Assembly: GCA_947586855.1 (NCBI GenBank)
Contig: CANPXV010000008.1
Location: forward strand, 8,872-72,871
Reading direction: 5' to 3'
Length of the DNA stretch: 64,000 nucleotides
DNA from: an uncultured Clostridia bacterium
Lineage (GTDB): Bacteria; Bacillota; Clostridia; Christensenellales; CAG-314
Positions within the stretch are counted from its first letter, which is position 1; every line of letters starts with the position of its first letter. Both the position numbers and the translations under genes were made by a program. Shown here piece by piece: positions 8,701 to 15,572 of the stretch. A model generated the notes under the pieces. The model made no database searches and was not told where the DNA came from. It saw nothing but the letters and a program-made list of their open reading frames with translations.

Positions 8701-9694
8701 CAAGCTTACGCTGAACTCGGTTACGGACAAGGACCTGTACTTTGTAAACATCTACCCCGGCACCTATGCGGTAGCCTCGAACGCTTTTGCGGACATGCCC
8801 AACCTGTACGGCGTGTACTTCCCCGCCTCCGTGCAGAAGCTCAACTCCGCTTTGTTCGGCAACTGCACGCATGCGGTAAACCGCTACTTTGAGGGGGACC
8901 TGCCCAAGGATAGCCGCAACTATGCCATGTCGACAGGCGGCACGCTGATATACGGTGTTGTGGATGGCGGTGAGTATACTCACGTGACTATAGACCCGAT
9001 CACGTCCAATATATACGTGGATGTGGAGAACACGTACAATCGTTCCTCCGGTGCGGAGACGTTGTACATGATCTGCGGCAATACAAGCATGCCTATGCGT
9101 CCATCTACTGTGGTGAAAGTTCCGGATATGCACGATGACAAAGTTGTGGATGGCGTTGCCGACTATGCTTTTATGGGCAGCCCCATATATTGGCTGGATG
9201 TGTCTGCCGAGGACACGCACGTCAAGTTCATCGGCAAGTATGCCTTCCAAGGGTCAAGATTGGGAGAGCTGCACGTCACCAATGTGGGATACATAGGTGA
9301 GCATGCATTCGACAAAACCCAATTGAGTTCAGTTGGTAATTGCATAACTTTTGCTTACAACGATGAGTTGAGCAATGAATTCGCGCTTTGGGTAGAAGAT
9401 AAAGCGTTTGCCAACAATGAATTTTCGGAGATCCAGTTTGGCACCACCAATGTGGTGTTCGGCAGAGCGGTATTTGAAGGGTGTCAGAGCCTCCTTGCGG
9501 TAGGCACAGGCGAAACCGATACAACGATTTCCCGCACCTGGTACACGGCAACGGTGGATATGTCAGGCGGACAGCCATCGGTTGTTGTTACAGAAGTGCA
9601 ACTGACGGCGCTGCAACTTGCCCAAGCACTCAAGAGCAACAATATGCCGTACGCCTACTTACGCTTGTACATTGATGTAAGTGCCGGGCAGTGA
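5777..9694 (+). CDS. Large leucine-rich-repeat (BspA-like) surface lipoprotein
   Basis: 1305 aa. Signal peptide with lipobox AVAAC. Many repeats of the IP..V..IG..AF..C..L type (LRR_5/BspA pattern). Confidence 0.85.
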   Translation: MKKFRHIAIAILAALALVSVCAAVAACDTNGHENNCTHPNCEWVPLNEFLHQQICADCGDIVNEEPHSFDTNNVELLRKCTLCGYTENIEPIDPGDEDEYGGLYEYQLSSEDADGVCGIRLQVNLHYARKNVTEIPSEAPEKECENLERWASERGAEFANEVRRLEFGNYDYDYYKPTKEMFTSLAIPESVEEIYVYLDSTDTLEANGQTMSEFQWFKSLCKHEDGGYYLGTANNAYHAFICADKVEELTVHAGTKIFLNNALRDGSYEPEAAYTLKKITLPEGIKSLPEGGFYRMYQLREVNIPDGVTYIPAHCFEETEVSELTIPDSVVEIGDEAFRFAPLHTLVLPDSVTKLGKKLFVPSDDYGHAMRYLELGSGITELPEGTFTPNVEILELCNRSQLTLTNDAEDDTGTYINAHHIITDPAETSIFTEGEYVYYRNGYDVLCIDYIGEETALTLPEMYGQVSYSATPLFGGFSNVTELTIPTTVHSWSLNHPCRYGANTQICVPEKITGSWQLIQDFQNDKLEYLYDDHVYRDTREIVVLGNIRIQSTHRSEFDKVTLDTSVKSVTPAPDETSHYSNLLTATDLYVMPGALADCDTAVLGRLFARNSLKADCRIVAHIVADGGYDQVIERVEITSYDPNTYTTPASTYSTCGIRELVVSEGITTLPDYLFGSNDYVWLEKVTLPQSFRVIPDRLLLGGDFEEIELPEGITKIGNDAFRDCENLKTLTVPAGVEHIGAYAFLDCNALTSIVMPDALSFLGWQAFNSETIGDRVGGVIYLGKYAIGFDGTIDDVVLRDNTEKLFDFGYAPGNPRYNIDPTITSIELPASLDCWASLVWAEDNFGLDGNGKSVTYADLKEIRVDDANEHFASCTGLLYNKAQTELLCVPYCFDPEQVHFPETLTHIGEDLFNNTAAFWQRPTRELWELDGWVLYLSLDSGVPEVDPTKRYADGILDNIDKFSWQGFIYNQTDGKLTLNSVTDKDLYFVNIYPGTYAVASNAFADMPNLYGVYFPASVQKLNSALFGNCTHAVNRYFEGDLPKDSRNYAMSTGGTLIYGVVDGGEYTHVTIDPITSNIYVDVENTYNRSSGAETLYMICGNTSMPMRPSTVVKVPDMHDDKVVDGVADYAFMGSPIYWLDVSAEDTHVKFIGKYAFQGSRLGELHVTNVGYIGEHAFDKTQLSSVGNCITFAYNDELSNEFALWVEDKAFANNEFSEIQFGTTNVVFGRAVFEGCQSLLAVGTGETDTTISRTWYTATVDMSGGQPSVVVTEVQLTALQLAQALKSNNMPYAYLRLYIDVSAGQ

Positions 9695-9831
9695 CTGTAG
9701 GCGCAACTGCACTGCCAACTGCAAGCTTACTATAAAGGGACTGCCGCACCAAGTGGCGGTCCCTTTCCATTGCGCTTGCACCTGTGCCTTCGATGAATGT
9801 CGAAACCTCAAAGCGCCACCACCTTCCCACT

Positions 9832-10060
9832 TGGTCTGAGTGACTGGACTCGTCTCCCACGCAGTGGGAGTAAGTACATTCGGCGTCGAGCCAATCTGTG
9901 CAGTGCACAGTTGGTAGCCGAATGCCCAAGGGTGTGCTCCCGCTTCGCTAAATGAGCACACCCGCAGGGATAGAAGGCAACAGATAACTTTGTCGAAACA
10001 ATGCGGTAAAAGAGAACGACACGGAACGCTACATTATTTCGTTATCCAGTCACGGAGACC
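9832..10060 (-). repeat. tRNA-Pro-3'-end-bounded inverted-repeat element, long form (copy 1)
   Basis: The left end TGGTCTGAGTGACTGGACTCG equals the 3' end of tRNA-Pro(GGG). The right end CCAGTCACGGAGACC is its inverted copy. The roughly 190-nt core is nearly identical to 10143-10332. Confidence 0.7.
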
Positions 10061-10106
10061 ACGTTGCGGCGCACCTGAGACAAGAAACAAACTACTACAA
10101 AGGGAA

Positions 10107-10332
10107 GTCGAAGTGACGGACTCGTCCCGAGCGTAGCGAGGGTAAGTACATTCGGCGTCGAGCCAATCTGTGCAGTGCACAGTTGGTAGCCGAATGCCCA
10201 AGGGTGTGCTCCCGCTTCGCTAAATGAGCACACCCGCAGGGATAGAAGGCAACAGATAACTTTGTCGAAACAATGCGGTAAAAGAGGACGACACGGAACG
10301 CTACATTATTTCGTTATCCAGTCACGGAGACC
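10107..10332 (-). repeat. tRNA-Pro-3'-end-bounded inverted-repeat element, long form (copy 2)
   Basis: The left end GTCGAAGTGACGGACTCG resembles the tRNA-Pro(CGG) 3' end. The core has one visible mismatch to copy 1. Confidence 0.7.
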
Positions 10333-10357
10333 AAGGCGAGCAAGCAATAAATGAGCA

Positions 10358-10384
10358 ACAAAGAAAGGAGCGCTTTTGCACTCC
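10358..10384 (-). terminator. Intrinsic terminator after tRNA-Pro(CGG)
   Basis: On the minus strand: GGAGTGCaaaaGCGCTCC followed by TTTCTTTG. Confidence 0.55.
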
Positions 10385-10419
10385 TCTCTTTGTTGCGACT
10401 ACACAGGCGCCGCTCGCCT

Positions 10420-10495
10420 TGGTCGAAGTGACTGGACTCGAACCAGCGGCCTCTTGGTCCCGAACCAAGCGCGCTACCAACTGCGCTACACCTCG
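10420..10495 (-). tRNA. tRNA-Pro(CGG): tRNA-Pro (anticodon CGG), CCA encoded
   Basis: Hand-folded cloverleaf: CGAGGTG TA GCGC AGTTGGTA GCGC G CTTGG TTCGGGA CCAAG AGGCC GCTGG TTCGAGT CCAGT CACTTCG A CCA. Confidence 0.9.
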
Positions 10496-10873
10496 ATATT
10501 AAATTTACTATTTTTTTTACTACTTTCTACTTGATAGCAGTTGGTAGGCCCAAGGCGCTCCCGCACTTCGAGCAAGCTCTCGTGGGTGCTATGCTACAAA
10601 CACCGCACTGTGGTGTTTGCTTAACGCGCACCCCAACTGCGCTACACCTCGATATAAATTTTGCCTTGTCTGAATTTGTTGCACTTCGGCGCTGCGCCTC
10701 GGCGCTACACCTCGATTGCTATCTTATTATACAAGATAACTCGTTTTTTTGCAACCGATTGCGCAAAATCTTTGCAATCTTGTTGGCGGCGGGACAATTT
10801 GTGCAAACTGCTTGCGATTTGGCGGCGGCAGTGCTATACTATGGTCGTAAAAAAATTTGCAAAAGGAGAAATT

Positions 10874-11443
10874 ATGAAAAAGTTTTTTGGCGAATTCAAA
10901 AAATTTATCACCCGCGGCAACGTGATCGATATGGCCGTAGGCGTGATCATCGGCGGCGCATTCAGCGCAATTGTAACGGCGCTTACCAACCAGATACTGA
11001 TGCCGCTTATCAATTGGTTTTTGGCGGTCATCACCAAGGGCGAGGGCATGGGCGACGTTGTTACCATGCTTAAACCTGTGGAGGTGGACGGCGTTGTGGA
11101 TATGACGCAATCCATCTACATCGATTGGGGTGCGTTTATCACGGCCATCATCAACTTTTTGCTGATTGCTTTGGTGCTGTTTTGCATCATCAAGTCCATC
11201 AATGTGGTGCACGAGGGCGTCAACAAACAAAAGGGCAAATATGCGCCCCTCACCAAGGACGAAGTGCGCCAGCTGCGTGCCGAGGGCAAATCCCGCGAGC
11301 AGATAGCCGCCGCTGCCCAAGCTAAACTTGCCGAGCAGCAAGCCGCCGAGGCCAAGGCCGCCGAAGAAGCTGCCGCCAACGCCCCCAAAACCGAGCAACA
11401 ACTGCTAAGCGAAATTGTGGAGCTGCTAAAAGAGAAAAAGTAA
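10874..11443 (+). CDS. mscL: Large-conductance mechanosensitive channel MscL (long loop and an Ala/Glu/Gln-rich C-terminal tail)
   Basis: AAAGGAGA lies upstream of the ATG at 10874. The N-terminus FKKFITRGNVIDMAVGVIIGGAF is the MscL signature. Confidence 0.85.
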   Translation: MKKFFGEFKKFITRGNVIDMAVGVIIGGAFSAIVTALTNQILMPLINWFLAVITKGEGMGDVVTMLKPVEVDGVVDMTQSIYIDWGAFITAIINFLLIALVLFCIIKSINVVHEGVNKQKGKYAPLTKDEVRQLRAEGKSREQIAAAAQAKLAEQQAAEAKAAEEAAANAPKTEQQLLSEIVELLKEKK

Positions 11444-11462
11444 ACTGCTGCAACATCACAAA

Positions 11463-11494
11463 ATGCGACGGATATCCCTCCGCCGCATTTTTTT
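11463..11494 (+). terminator. Intrinsic terminator of mscL
   Basis: ATGCGaCGGatatccctCCGcCGCAT followed by T7. Confidence 0.7.
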
Positions 11495-11563
11495 GCGCCC
11501 CCACCACCGCTTGCACCACCAAGCAAGCTGCAATATTGTATATCTTTATATTTATTTGCTGTG

Positions 11564-11592
11564 TTGACATCTTTGAGGCGATGTTGTAAAAT
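11564..11592 (+). promoter_or_regulatory. Sigma-A-type promoter
   Basis: TTGACA, a 17-nt spacer, then TAAAAT, about 180 nt upstream of the LRR/collagen-like gene. Confidence 0.6.
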
Positions 11593-11595
11593 TAA

Positions 11596-11747
11596 GTTAC
11601 CACATTGCTATCTATATTTGCAGATTGCGCATACTCTCTCGGTAGAGTTGTGCGTCTTTATCTTGGCGTAATCTGCAAGATAGTAGTGTGGTAACTATCG
11701 AGGCGCATACTTTGCAGGTGCCGTTTCGATAGAGACGGCACTTTTTT
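11596..11747 (+). promoter_or_regulatory. Structured 5' leader: a roughly 100-nt extended hairpin followed by an intrinsic terminator upstream of the CDS (attenuator candidate)
   Basis: GTTACCACATTGCTATCT..TTGCAGATT pairs with AATCTGCAA..AGATAGTAGTGTGGTAAC (11596-11695). GTGCCGTttcgatagagACGGCAC plus T6 follows (11718-11747), with the start codon at 11774. Confidence 0.55.
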
Positions 11748-11773
11748 ACTGCGTAGACACAAGGAGGAAGAAT

Positions 11774-14700
11774 ATGAGGAACAAAAAGCTGATCTGGATA
11801 GTGTTGCTTGCGCTTGTGTTGGCAACCGCCATTGTTTTTGTTGCCTGCAAGCCCGACGAACAAAACGACGACGTTTGGACAATCGAACGAGTGTACGCAC
11901 GGGCGCAAGAATTGGGCTATCAGGGCACGCTGGACGAATTGATCGAACAATTTAGGGGTGCGGACGGCGAGGACGGCACCGACGGAAAGGACGGAAAGGA
12001 CGGCGTCGGCATCAAAACTATCGAAATAAACGCCGACGGCGAATTGATAGTTACCCTCACCGACGGCACCGAGCTCAATCTGGGTGTTGTTGTCGGGGCC
12101 GCCGGACCGCAAGGACCTCAGGGACCCACAGGGCCACAAGGACCGCAAGGACCCTCGGGACAAGACGCCACCCAGAACGACGTCCACACCTTTACCGTGA
12201 CATTTGTGGCAGAAGGCCACGAGGCGGGCAAGGTGGTTTGTCTGGACGGCACAACTGTTGTGGCTGAACCTGCCGTTCCTCAAAAGGAACACTACACGGG
12301 CCGCTGGGAAAGCTACACGCTTGCCAATGCCGACATCACGGTGCAAGCGGTTTACACCCCCACCGAGTACAGCGTGGTTTTTGCCGGCAACGGACAACAA
12401 GAGGTGCGCACCTACACAGTGGAAACAAAGGACGACGTGACGCCTCCCGAAGTGCCCGCCAAAGAGCACTACACGGGCGCTTGGCCTCAATACGAGTTGC
12501 AATTTGAGCAAAATCAAATTGTAAACGCCGTGTACACCCCGATAGAGTACACCATCACTTTCGACGACGGCGCCAAGCAAACAAAAGTTACATATACGGC
12601 GGAAACTATGGCCGAAATTGCCCCGCCGGACATCACACCCAAAACGGAACAATACTACGGGTTTAGCTATGACGAGGGCCGTTGGGAACAATTTGATTGT
12701 GAATTTGACAATGAGCAGGTCGTCTACGCCGTTTACAGCTTGGTGACGCCCGGCTACACATACACCCTCAATGACGACGGTCAAAGTTACAGCCTGACAA
12801 ATGTCTCGGCAGAACTTGCAGACGCCATCGTCTTGCCTTATTACAATGATTTGCCTGTTACAAATATAGGAGAATATGCGCTAAGCGGTCGTTTTCAACT
12901 GATCTCGATCACAATAGCAAGCAACGTTGCAAGCATTGACGACTTTGCTTTTTCAAAGTGCACTTCGCTGGAAACAATAACATTTGAGGGCGACAGCCAT
13001 TTGCAAACAATAGGCAATCGAGCCTTTTTCGACTGTGAACAATTGCTCTCTATCACAATTCCCGACGGCGTCACAAGCATTGGCGATTACGCATTTTTGG
13101 GGTGCGGTAGTTTGCAGACGGTGACGTTTGAGAGTGAAAGCCAACTGCAAAATATTGGCGAACATGCTTTTAGTGATTGCGGAAGCTTGCAAGAAATAAC
13201 ATTAGCAACCGATCATCTGCAAAATATCGGTGATTACGCCTTCTATCGGTGTGGACAATCCGAAAAATTGACGTCAATCACAATACCAAGCAGCGTCACA
13301 AACATAGGAATATGCGCTTTTTCGGAGTGGGACAATTTGCAAACAATAACGTTTGAGGGCAGCAGTCAACTGCAAAGTATAGGACACTGCGCTTTCATGT
13401 CATGCACACGGTTGCAAACGGTAACTTTTGAGGGCACAAGTCAATTGCAAAGTATAGGCAATCAGGCTTTTGATAGTTGTTACGAATTACCATCTATCAC
13501 GATTCCCGGCAGCGTCACATACATAGGCGAATGTGCTTTTTCCGATTGCTGGGAGTTACAGACAGTAACATTTGAAGACGACAGCCAATTGCAAAGCATG
13601 GGCTACGGTATTTTCTTCCGTTGTAGTCAATTGTCTTCAATCAAAATCCCCGACACGGTAACAGAAATAGGTGAGCAGGCCTTTATGAGTTGCAGCAATT
13701 TGTCATCAATCTTTATACCAAGCGGCGTCACAAGCATAGGTGAATCTGCTTTTTATGGTTGCAGTGGTTTGATGTCCATCAACATACCTGACGGCGTCAC
13801 AGACATAGGTAAATATGCCTTTGATTTGTGCGGCAGCTTGACCACAATTGTCATACCAAGCAGCGTCACAAGCATAGGCGACGGCGCATTTGCCGAATGT
13901 GACAATTTGGAAAATATTGAGGTGCAACCCGATAACCCCAACTACCATTGCACAAACAATTGTTTGATAGAAACCGCCTCTCACACGCTTGTCGCCATTT
14001 GCAAAAACTCTACAATCCCCGAAGACGGCAGTGTTACAATCATAGGCGCATATTCCTTCTATAATCGCACCGACTTGGATTCGATAACTATCCCCGACTA
14101 CATCACAAGCATAGGTGAATCTGCTTTTTCTGGTTGCAGTGGTTTGATGTCCATCAACATACCTGACGGCGTCACAGACATAGGTAAATATGCCTTTGAT
14201 TTGTGCAGCAACTTGACCACCATTGTCATACCAAGCAGCGTCACAAGCATAGGCGACGGCGCATTTGCCGAATGTTGCAATTTGGAAAATATTGAGGTGC
14301 ACCCCGATAACCCCGTTTACCATTGCACAAACAATTGCTTGATAGAAACCGACTCTCACACACTTGTCGTCGGCTGCAAGAACTCCACAATCCCCGATGA
14401 CGGCAGCGTTACAATCATAGGCGCATTTGCTTTTAGTGGTTGCAAGGATTTGGAAGCAATCACAATACCAAGCTGCGTCACAAGCATTGGCGTCAGCGCT
14501 TTTGAATCTTGCAGCAGTTTGAAATCGATTGTAATTCCACGCAGCGTCATAAGCATTGGCGAGATTGCTTTTGTCAATTGCAGCAGTTTGCAAACGGTGA
14601 CTTTCGAAGGCGACAGCCAATTGCAAAATATAGGCACCGGTGCTTTCAGCAATTGCAGCAGCTTAGTTTCGATAGCTATACCAAGCGGTGTCACAAGCAT

Positions 14701-14899
14701 TGGCGCATGGGTTTTCTACAATTGCAAGAGTTTGACATCAATCACTATACCAAGCTCGGTTACAAACATTGGCGACAGCGCTTTCAATGATTGCTACAAC
14801 TTAACCATTTATTGTGAGGCTACAAGCAAACCGGCAGGGTGGCATAAAGATTGGAATATCGACAATTGTCCCGTTGTGTGGGGATACAAACAACAATAA
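11774..14899 (+). CDS. Surface lipoprotein with collagen-like G-X-Y tracts, Listeria-Bacteroides-type repeats and BspA-like LRRs
   Basis: 1041 aa. Lipobox VFVAC. G-X-Y tracts GADGEDGTDGKDGKDGVG and GAAGPQGPQGPTGPQGPQGPSG. Repeated ..YTG.W...Y..A.YTP.EY modules, then many IP..VT.IG..AF..C..L repeats. Confidence 0.85.
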   Translation: MRNKKLIWIVLLALVLATAIVFVACKPDEQNDDVWTIERVYARAQELGYQGTLDELIEQFRGADGEDGTDGKDGKDGVGIKTIEINADGELIVTLTDGTELNLGVVVGAAGPQGPQGPTGPQGPQGPSGQDATQNDVHTFTVTFVAEGHEAGKVVCLDGTTVVAEPAVPQKEHYTGRWESYTLANADITVQAVYTPTEYSVVFAGNGQQEVRTYTVETKDDVTPPEVPAKEHYTGAWPQYELQFEQNQIVNAVYTPIEYTITFDDGAKQTKVTYTAETMAEIAPPDITPKTEQYYGFSYDEGRWEQFDCEFDNEQVVYAVYSLVTPGYTYTLNDDGQSYSLTNVSAELADAIVLPYYNDLPVTNIGEYALSGRFQLISITIASNVASIDDFAFSKCTSLETITFEGDSHLQTIGNRAFFDCEQLLSITIPDGVTSIGDYAFLGCGSLQTVTFESESQLQNIGEHAFSDCGSLQEITLATDHLQNIGDYAFYRCGQSEKLTSITIPSSVTNIGICAFSEWDNLQTITFEGSSQLQSIGHCAFMSCTRLQTVTFEGTSQLQSIGNQAFDSCYELPSITIPGSVTYIGECAFSDCWELQTVTFEDDSQLQSMGYGIFFRCSQLSSIKIPDTVTEIGEQAFMSCSNLSSIFIPSGVTSIGESAFYGCSGLMSINIPDGVTDIGKYAFDLCGSLTTIVIPSSVTSIGDGAFAECDNLENIEVQPDNPNYHCTNNCLIETASHTLVAICKNSTIPEDGSVTIIGAYSFYNRTDLDSITIPDYITSIGESAFSGCSGLMSINIPDGVTDIGKYAFDLCSNLTTIVIPSSVTSIGDGAFAECCNLENIEVHPDNPVYHCTNNCLIETDSHTLVVGCKNSTIPDDGSVTIIGAFAFSGCKDLEAITIPSCVTSIGVSAFESCSSLKSIVIPRSVISIGEIAFVNCSSLQTVTFEGDSQLQNIGTGAFSNCSSLVSIAIPSGVTSIGAWVFYNCKSLTSITIPSSVTNIGDSAFNDCYNLTIYCEATSKPAGWHKDWNIDNCPVVWGYKQQ

Positions 14900-14927
14900 A
14901 TCAACAACCTACACAAATAAAAGAAAA

Positions 14928-14951
14928 GGGCACAAATGTTTGTGCCTTTTT
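14928..14951 (+). terminator. Intrinsic terminator
   Basis: GGCACAAatgtTTGTGCC followed by T5. Confidence 0.65.
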
Positions 14952-15000
14952 CGTTGCGACTACCAAGGCGAACAAGCAAAACACACCCCTACGAAGGAAG

Positions 15001-15076
15001 TTCTGAGTGACTGACTTGTCTCGGCGCAGCCGAGTGAGTACATTACGCTACATTATTTCCAACTGTCCAGTCACGG
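15001..15076 (-). repeat. tRNA-Pro-3'-end-bounded inverted-repeat element, miniature form (76 nt, degenerate)
   Basis: TTCTGAGTGACTGACTTG..CTCGGCgcaGCCGAG..TACATTACGCTACATTATTTCC..GTCCAGTCACGG. Confidence 0.6.
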
Positions 15077-15089
15077 CACCCATCAAATA

Positions 15090-15193
15090 GGTCTGAGTGA
15101 CTGGACTTGTCTCGGCGCAGCCGAGTAAGCGGAGCAACTTCGCAGAAGTTGCGGAGCGCTACATTATTTCAAACTGTCCAGTCACGAAAGACC
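15090..15193 (-). repeat. tRNA-Pro-3'-end-bounded inverted-repeat element, miniature form (104 nt)
   Basis: GGTCTGAGTGACTGGACTTG at the left and GTCCAGTCACGAAAGACC at the right, with internal hairpins CTCGGCgcaGCCGAG and GCAACTTCgcaGAAGTTGC. Confidence 0.65.
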
Positions 15194-15221
15194 TGCACAG
15201 GCACGCCAAAAGGGAGAAACG

Positions 15222-15247
15222 AAAAAAAGGCACAACTACTTTGTGCC
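15222..15247 (-). terminator. Intrinsic terminator after tRNA-Pro(GGG)
   Basis: On the minus strand: GGCACAAagtagTTGTGCC followed by T7. Confidence 0.7.
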
Positions 15248-15284
15248 CTTTTCGTTGCGACCCAACACGGCGTCGCCTGTGCAT

Positions 15285-15361
15285 TGGTCTGAGTGACTGG
15301 ACTTGAACCAGCGACACCTAGACCCCCAGTCTAGTGCGCTACCAAACTGCGCTACACCCAG
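15285..15361 (-). tRNA. tRNA-Pro(GGG): tRNA-Pro (anticodon GGG), CCA encoded
   Basis: Hand-folded cloverleaf: CTGGGTG TA GCGC AGTTTGGTA GCGC A CTAGA CTGGGGG TCTAG GTGTC GCTGG TTCAAGT CCAGT CACTCAG A CCA. Confidence 0.9.
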
Positions 15362-15572
15362 ATGCCTATTTATTGTACATCATTTGCGCAAAAAAATCAA
15401 CCGCTTTGCAGCAAATAGTGCAAAAGTGTTTTTTTGGAGAGCACCACCCCGCCGCAACCTGCGCAAAAAGCGATATCAGCAACGATACCATCTGCCAAAA
15501 AGTGGCTGCGGCCGCTTGTGTTTGTGCGGGACAAGTGCTACAATATAAAAAAAACACAAGGAAGTTGCCGCT

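Noticed and set aside
9659-10233. Two ORFs (9659-9961 and 10042-10233, minus strand) with identical N-termini MCSFSEAGAHPWAFGYQLCTAQIGSTPNVLT
   Set aside because: The identity simply reflects the duplicated roughly 190-nt repeat core. There is no RBS, and the sequence is dominated by perfect hairpins.
9832-10332. tmRNA, an intron-containing tRNA, or a tRNA pseudogene as the explanation for the tRNA-like ends
   Set aside because: The 5' end pairs with the T-arm/acceptor 3' strand as a simple inverted repeat rather than forming acceptor plus T-arm. There is no tag ORF or tmRNA pseudoknot layout, no anticodon-loop context for an intron, and no recognisable group I core.
11612-12784. 390-aa minus-strand ORF, plus 13706-14626 (306 aa)
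   Set aside because: Both lie antisense to the collagen-like/LRR gene. The second merely mirrors the internal LRR repeats.
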